Shown here: positions 60,001-64,000 of the stretch, in pieces
How the letters are laid out: every line of letters starts with the position of its first letter
Position numbering within the stretch: the first letter of the stretch is position 1
DNA from: Strigamia acuminata
Taxonomy: Eukaryota
Assembly: GCA_949358305.1 (NCBI GenBank)
Contig: OX442314.1
Location: 7,316,001-7,380,000 of the forward strand
Direction of reading: 5' to 3'
DNA: 64,000 bases
Notes under the pieces: generated by a model
Seen by the model: the letters and a program-made list of their open reading frames with translations, nothing else
Databases searched by the model: none
Told to the model about the DNA's origin: nothing
Program-made: the position numbers and the translations under genes

Positions 60001-63000
60001 AATTTCATTTGCAGACAACAGCAAAGTCAGTGCCAGGCACAAAATATTCCTGTGAACTTGCTGCATGGTCACTTTTGGTCCTCCCCGTCTTGCTTCCATA
60101 TTTGATTTTCATCTTTGGGTTAGGACTTTTGACATAATTGATTAATTTCTTCCTGATCTTCTATGGATCTGCTGTTTGGAGAGCCCCAGTGACTTTAATT
60201 GCCATATTTCAGCGATTTCTACAATGGTTACAAGTTTTGCACAAGGGATTGCTTCAAAATAAGAAAATAGCAAGTAATACAATTCCAAAATGGCAGAAAA
60301 TTGGTGACATATTCACTGATTAACTAATCAGACAAAGGCATGTTATGTGATATTAATTTTATCCATTTTTTTGCATCAAACCTAAAATATTCTATACTTA
60401 TGTCACCCCCATTTTTGTGTAAAATTACTGCCAAATTTATTTTTCCATAAAAATTATAAATGTGTTAATTCTAAACGAATTCTAATGACAACATACATGT
60501 ATAAAAAAATTGGTATGATTCCAGATGAAGCGGGAAAAAAAATATTACAAAAAAACTGATTATTCTATACTTATGGCGCGCACCTTAGTGCCGTTTTAGC
60601 AACCATCACTTTAGCGAACATGTCATTTTAGCGATTTTTGTGTCGCTAAAATGGTGTGTTGCTAAAATGAAATCGCTAAAATGAAGTACATCCGACTAAA
60701 TTCCATTAGTGCGAGGTAGATTTTGTGCATTTAAAACTGCCTGTAAACACCCGTGCATGCAAAAATTAAAAACTCCGATCGGAATATCGTCGAATCGTCA
60801 TAATAACCATACTCTGTAGGTTAGACCCACATACCTATTACCTACGCTTAGTACCGAAAACAATGTGAAATGAGCTAAAACACGATTTCGGGGCCAGGAT
60901 TTGATTTGTTCAAGGGCTGGAATAGATAGACCACGTTTTGTTGTCCCAGATAATCAAAATGCATTGTGGATAATTCACATGTGGCGTCATGTTTACTAAA
61001 TATCTAGGGACAAGTAAACGCAAATGCTACTTCCGGTTGCCAATGCTCCTCGTCACCTGTATTTCCGGAACTGCAGCTACACCTGGACACAAGCAGCTGC
61101 GAGGGTGCACGATGTCCAGGGTAGTGATCGCTGGGTAGCAGCCAGTTATAACCGTTTACATCAATATTTTACTGCCACAATTTTATTGGTTCATTTTACC
61201 AGTTTGCCACCAGGTGTCCACTAAGTCTATTTTCCCATCACCAACGACCGAATGGAACCATTTCCATGCGTCTAGATTGAGCGGTTCACCAACTAAACTC
61301 AAAAAAAGATTTAAAATTAATTCTCCAGTATCAATTAAATTCTATCCACCCAGAGAATCCACAAATTCTCATTGGCTGGCTGCTTTGCCAGTGTGTTAAC
61401 ACAAAGGAAATGATCAAGTGATCTTCTCAGCCAATCACAACAAAGAAAGAAAATGAGATCGTCTAAAGGTGGAAACAAAAGGAAGCGGGTAAAATTCCAA
61501 AGCATGCTAGGACATGTTTATTCTAGTGACCCACGGAGCGTTTTGCGGCGCGAATCGCGTCGCCAAGCAATTCTGACGTCATGAAAAATGACGTCAGATC
61601 CGCTTTTCATCGCATTGCGAGGCCATCGCCGCGCGATTTTGATAGTACATGCGCCATGTACTTTAAAGAGGGAGTCATTTACAAGCTCACTTGACCCGCT
61701 TTTGGCTTACCGACTTAACTGGCAAACCCAAGCTAGCTAGGTAGCTAGCTAGAAATTACCGTCAAAATCGCCTCAAAGATTTTTCCTCACCTTCTGATTG
61801 GCTGTCAAAGTCACATGACCAAAACACCAGCAAGCTTGAAGCTGGTAAATCAAACTCAGTTTGATCGGAGCGGGTGAGTACAAGCTCACTTCAAAACAAA
61901 GCTTTGAATAAAAACGTAAGCTTGTGTTTGCTCAAGCGGGCGAGTTTTTAGCCGCTTTTTCAAGTAAACGCAAGCTTTGGAATTGTACCCGCTCCCTTGT
62001 GTTTCCACCTAAAGAAGTAAATTGTTTGTTGGAGCGTTTTATTCAAACAAGATTTTTTTCTGATCAATGAGAATTAGTGGATTCTCCGGTTGGATATTCC
62101 TCACCCGAAGCTAAAATGCGTAATGAAGATCGGTCGTATTTTTTAACCCAGCTGTCGCCATGTTTGATTAACATGCGAATAGCGGTAGGAGCGCCGTAGA
62201 AATGAGTTAACTTTAGACGTTGAACAGTTTCCCAATAGCGACCTATTAGTAATCTAATTCAATGTGATACAAATTACAACTTGATAATTATTTGCACCTG
62301 GATCTGGATACAAAGGAGTGCTTTCAAACAACAATGTGGTGCCACCATTACAGAGCGGCCCATATATGACATAAGAGTGCCCTGTAATCCAACCAATGTC
62401 TGCAACACAACCAAAAATGTCTCCTTCTCGAAAATCAAACACATGCTAAATAAATAAGTTTAAATTAATCATTATTAATTCATTATTCAAAACTGACATT
62501 AACTCACTTTGTGACTGACAGCAGCATACAACAGATATCCAGCTTGGCTGTGAAGCAACCCTTTTGGCTTTCCTGTACTACCTGATGTGTAGAGCATGAA
62601 GAGGGGGTCATTAGCTGCCATTCTCGCAGGCGTGTATGTGAGAGGAACATCAAGCATTTCCTGTGTAACAGAAATTGACATTAAGTGCGTTCTATTTCAA
62701 ATCAAAAAACTGTTTCTCTCAATTGTCTCGATTTTCTCAGACACCAGGTACTTTTCCCTTATAAAAACCCCGTTAAGCCTATAAGTATAGTGGAAAACTT
62801 ATAACTCTACCGGAGCTTACACTACAACTGAAAATAGCGTAGCCAATACTATAACTATAACTTCAAAATTTTAACCGGAACCCACTTTTACCTTACACTA
62901 AATATAATATAAAAAATGTCATAATTGTAAGAAAAAAGTACCTGCCGTAAACTGTGTAATTGGTGAATATCGTACGGCAATCATTGCGGTGTTTGACGGA

Positions 63001-63583
63001 TGCGGCATTGCGTTATACCGCACTCATTGCGGTGTTTGGTGAAGACCGTACCGCACTCAAGAGAAAAAATTACCGCACAAACCTACTGTTCACCACCAAG
63101 ATGCCCAAAAAACCCTTCTGCTGTACCGCATCGTATACTTACACTTTGTAAGCAGCGGTCTCTAGGACCCATTGGTACTTTGGCACTCGTCCGTCGTGCC
63201 ACTAGAACGGTTTGTAGATCAGGACATAGTTTCACGGCTTCGTCAACTGTCGATTTCAGGTCTATTATTTTTCCAGCTCGCACAGCTTGATTCGTAGTTA
63301 TAAGAATCTTGGCACTGGCTTAAAAATGATCAAACATTTTAAATTGATTTTTGATTACAATTTTTTTTAAAACCTATACATACCGTCATTTACTCTTGAT
63401 GCTATCGCTTCAGCGCTGAATCCGGCAAATATGACATTATGAATTGCGCCAATTTTGGCACAAGCCAAGATGGCGGCCACAGCAATTGGTGTTGTTGGCA
63501 TGTATATGGCCACTGGGTCGCCCATTATCACACCATGATTTCTTAGTACATTTGCCACTTGGTTGGTTAAATGCAAAAGCTGC
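57084..63583 (-). CDS. ACSS1: Acetyl-CoA synthetase, ACSS1-like; 3' exons only, gene begins beyond the window end
   Basis: Exons 63583-63384, 63318-63143, 62660-62508, 62445-62298, 62242-62105, 61292-61200, 58061-57949, 57884-57758, 57696-57569, 57502-57317 and 57248-57084. Motifs [40 protein letters not shown] (ACSS1-type) and LPKTRSGK. Confidence 0.92.
58214..58416. mobile_element. Small hAT-like MITE
   Basis: CAGGGGCGGATCTA...TATATCGACCCCTG with GGGCCC repeats; TSD unclear. Confidence 0.5.
58800..60694. mobile_element. ATTTTAGCGA-family MITE hosting a nested Tc3-like element
   Basis: CGGTTATAG...TACATCCG with TSD ACTCAAT/ACTAAAT. Confidence 0.75.
59021..60585 (-). mobile_element. Degenerate Tc3/Tc1-like transposon with very long TIRs
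   Basis: TA duplication; about 360 bp of near-perfect TIR, decaying out to about 530 bp. Minus-strand remnants GPKVT and FNLDGLDG. Confidence 0.8.
61342..62096. mobile_element. Nested MITEs in an ACSS intron (inner element about 61468-62009)
   Basis: Outer inverted repeat GAGAATCCAC.AATTCTCATTG; inner TIR GGTGGAAACA..AGG.AGCGGGTA. Confidence 0.65.
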
Positions 63584-64000
63584 CTGATAATAATAATATT
63601 TTAAATAAATTTACTCCAGAAATGTCATAATACAGTCTTAATGGTCGTAAATTATTCACTCCCCATCATTGACTTATTTTGCCCCCATTACTCCTAACTC
63701 TAAACTGTATACTACCAGTAGGAGAAGTAGTTTTTATTTTTATTTATTTTAGTCATTAATATGACCATTTAAATTGATATAATTTTGATTGTTTTTTATT
63801 ATAAAATATCTTTTCCATTTATAAAATAAAATTGTATGCACTTTTTAATTTAAAAATCTTGTTTGTTCTGTTTATTGGTTGTTTTGTCAGGAAAGCAAAC
63901 AATTTCCTAACAATAAGTAATCGATTACAATGTCTGTACATTGTAATGTAATTCTGGCGGTTGGGTCTATTTTTTGGATCACTACACCAGTAAAATGGCT

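Overview
AT-rich, intron-rich animal (probably invertebrate) DNA. (1) A tandem cluster of four + strand paralogues of an unusual DEG/ENaC (pickpocket/ASIC-like) gene. Each encodes two complete channel subunits fused head-to-tail. The copy at 37533-41756 reconstructs as an intact 11-exon ORF of about 794 aa; the other three are frameshifted, truncated or pseudogenised. (2) A young Mag-like Ty3/Gypsy element (6817-11543). (3) A young 13.4-kb minus-strand Ty3/Gypsy element (13102-26481) with a tRNA-Pro PBS, a -1 gag-pol frameshift signal and a spliced, non-Env third ORF. The intron of that ORF holds a near-perfect 1-kb hairpin with two convergent tRNA-like Pol III promoters. (4) Solo LTRs, BEL/Pao and LINE relics, and many MITEs. 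(5) 5' parts of PDCD2 carried along by the segmental duplication. (6) The 3' part of an ACSS1-like acetyl-CoA synthetase gene on the minus strand. All calls come from reading the sequence by eye; no database searches were run.
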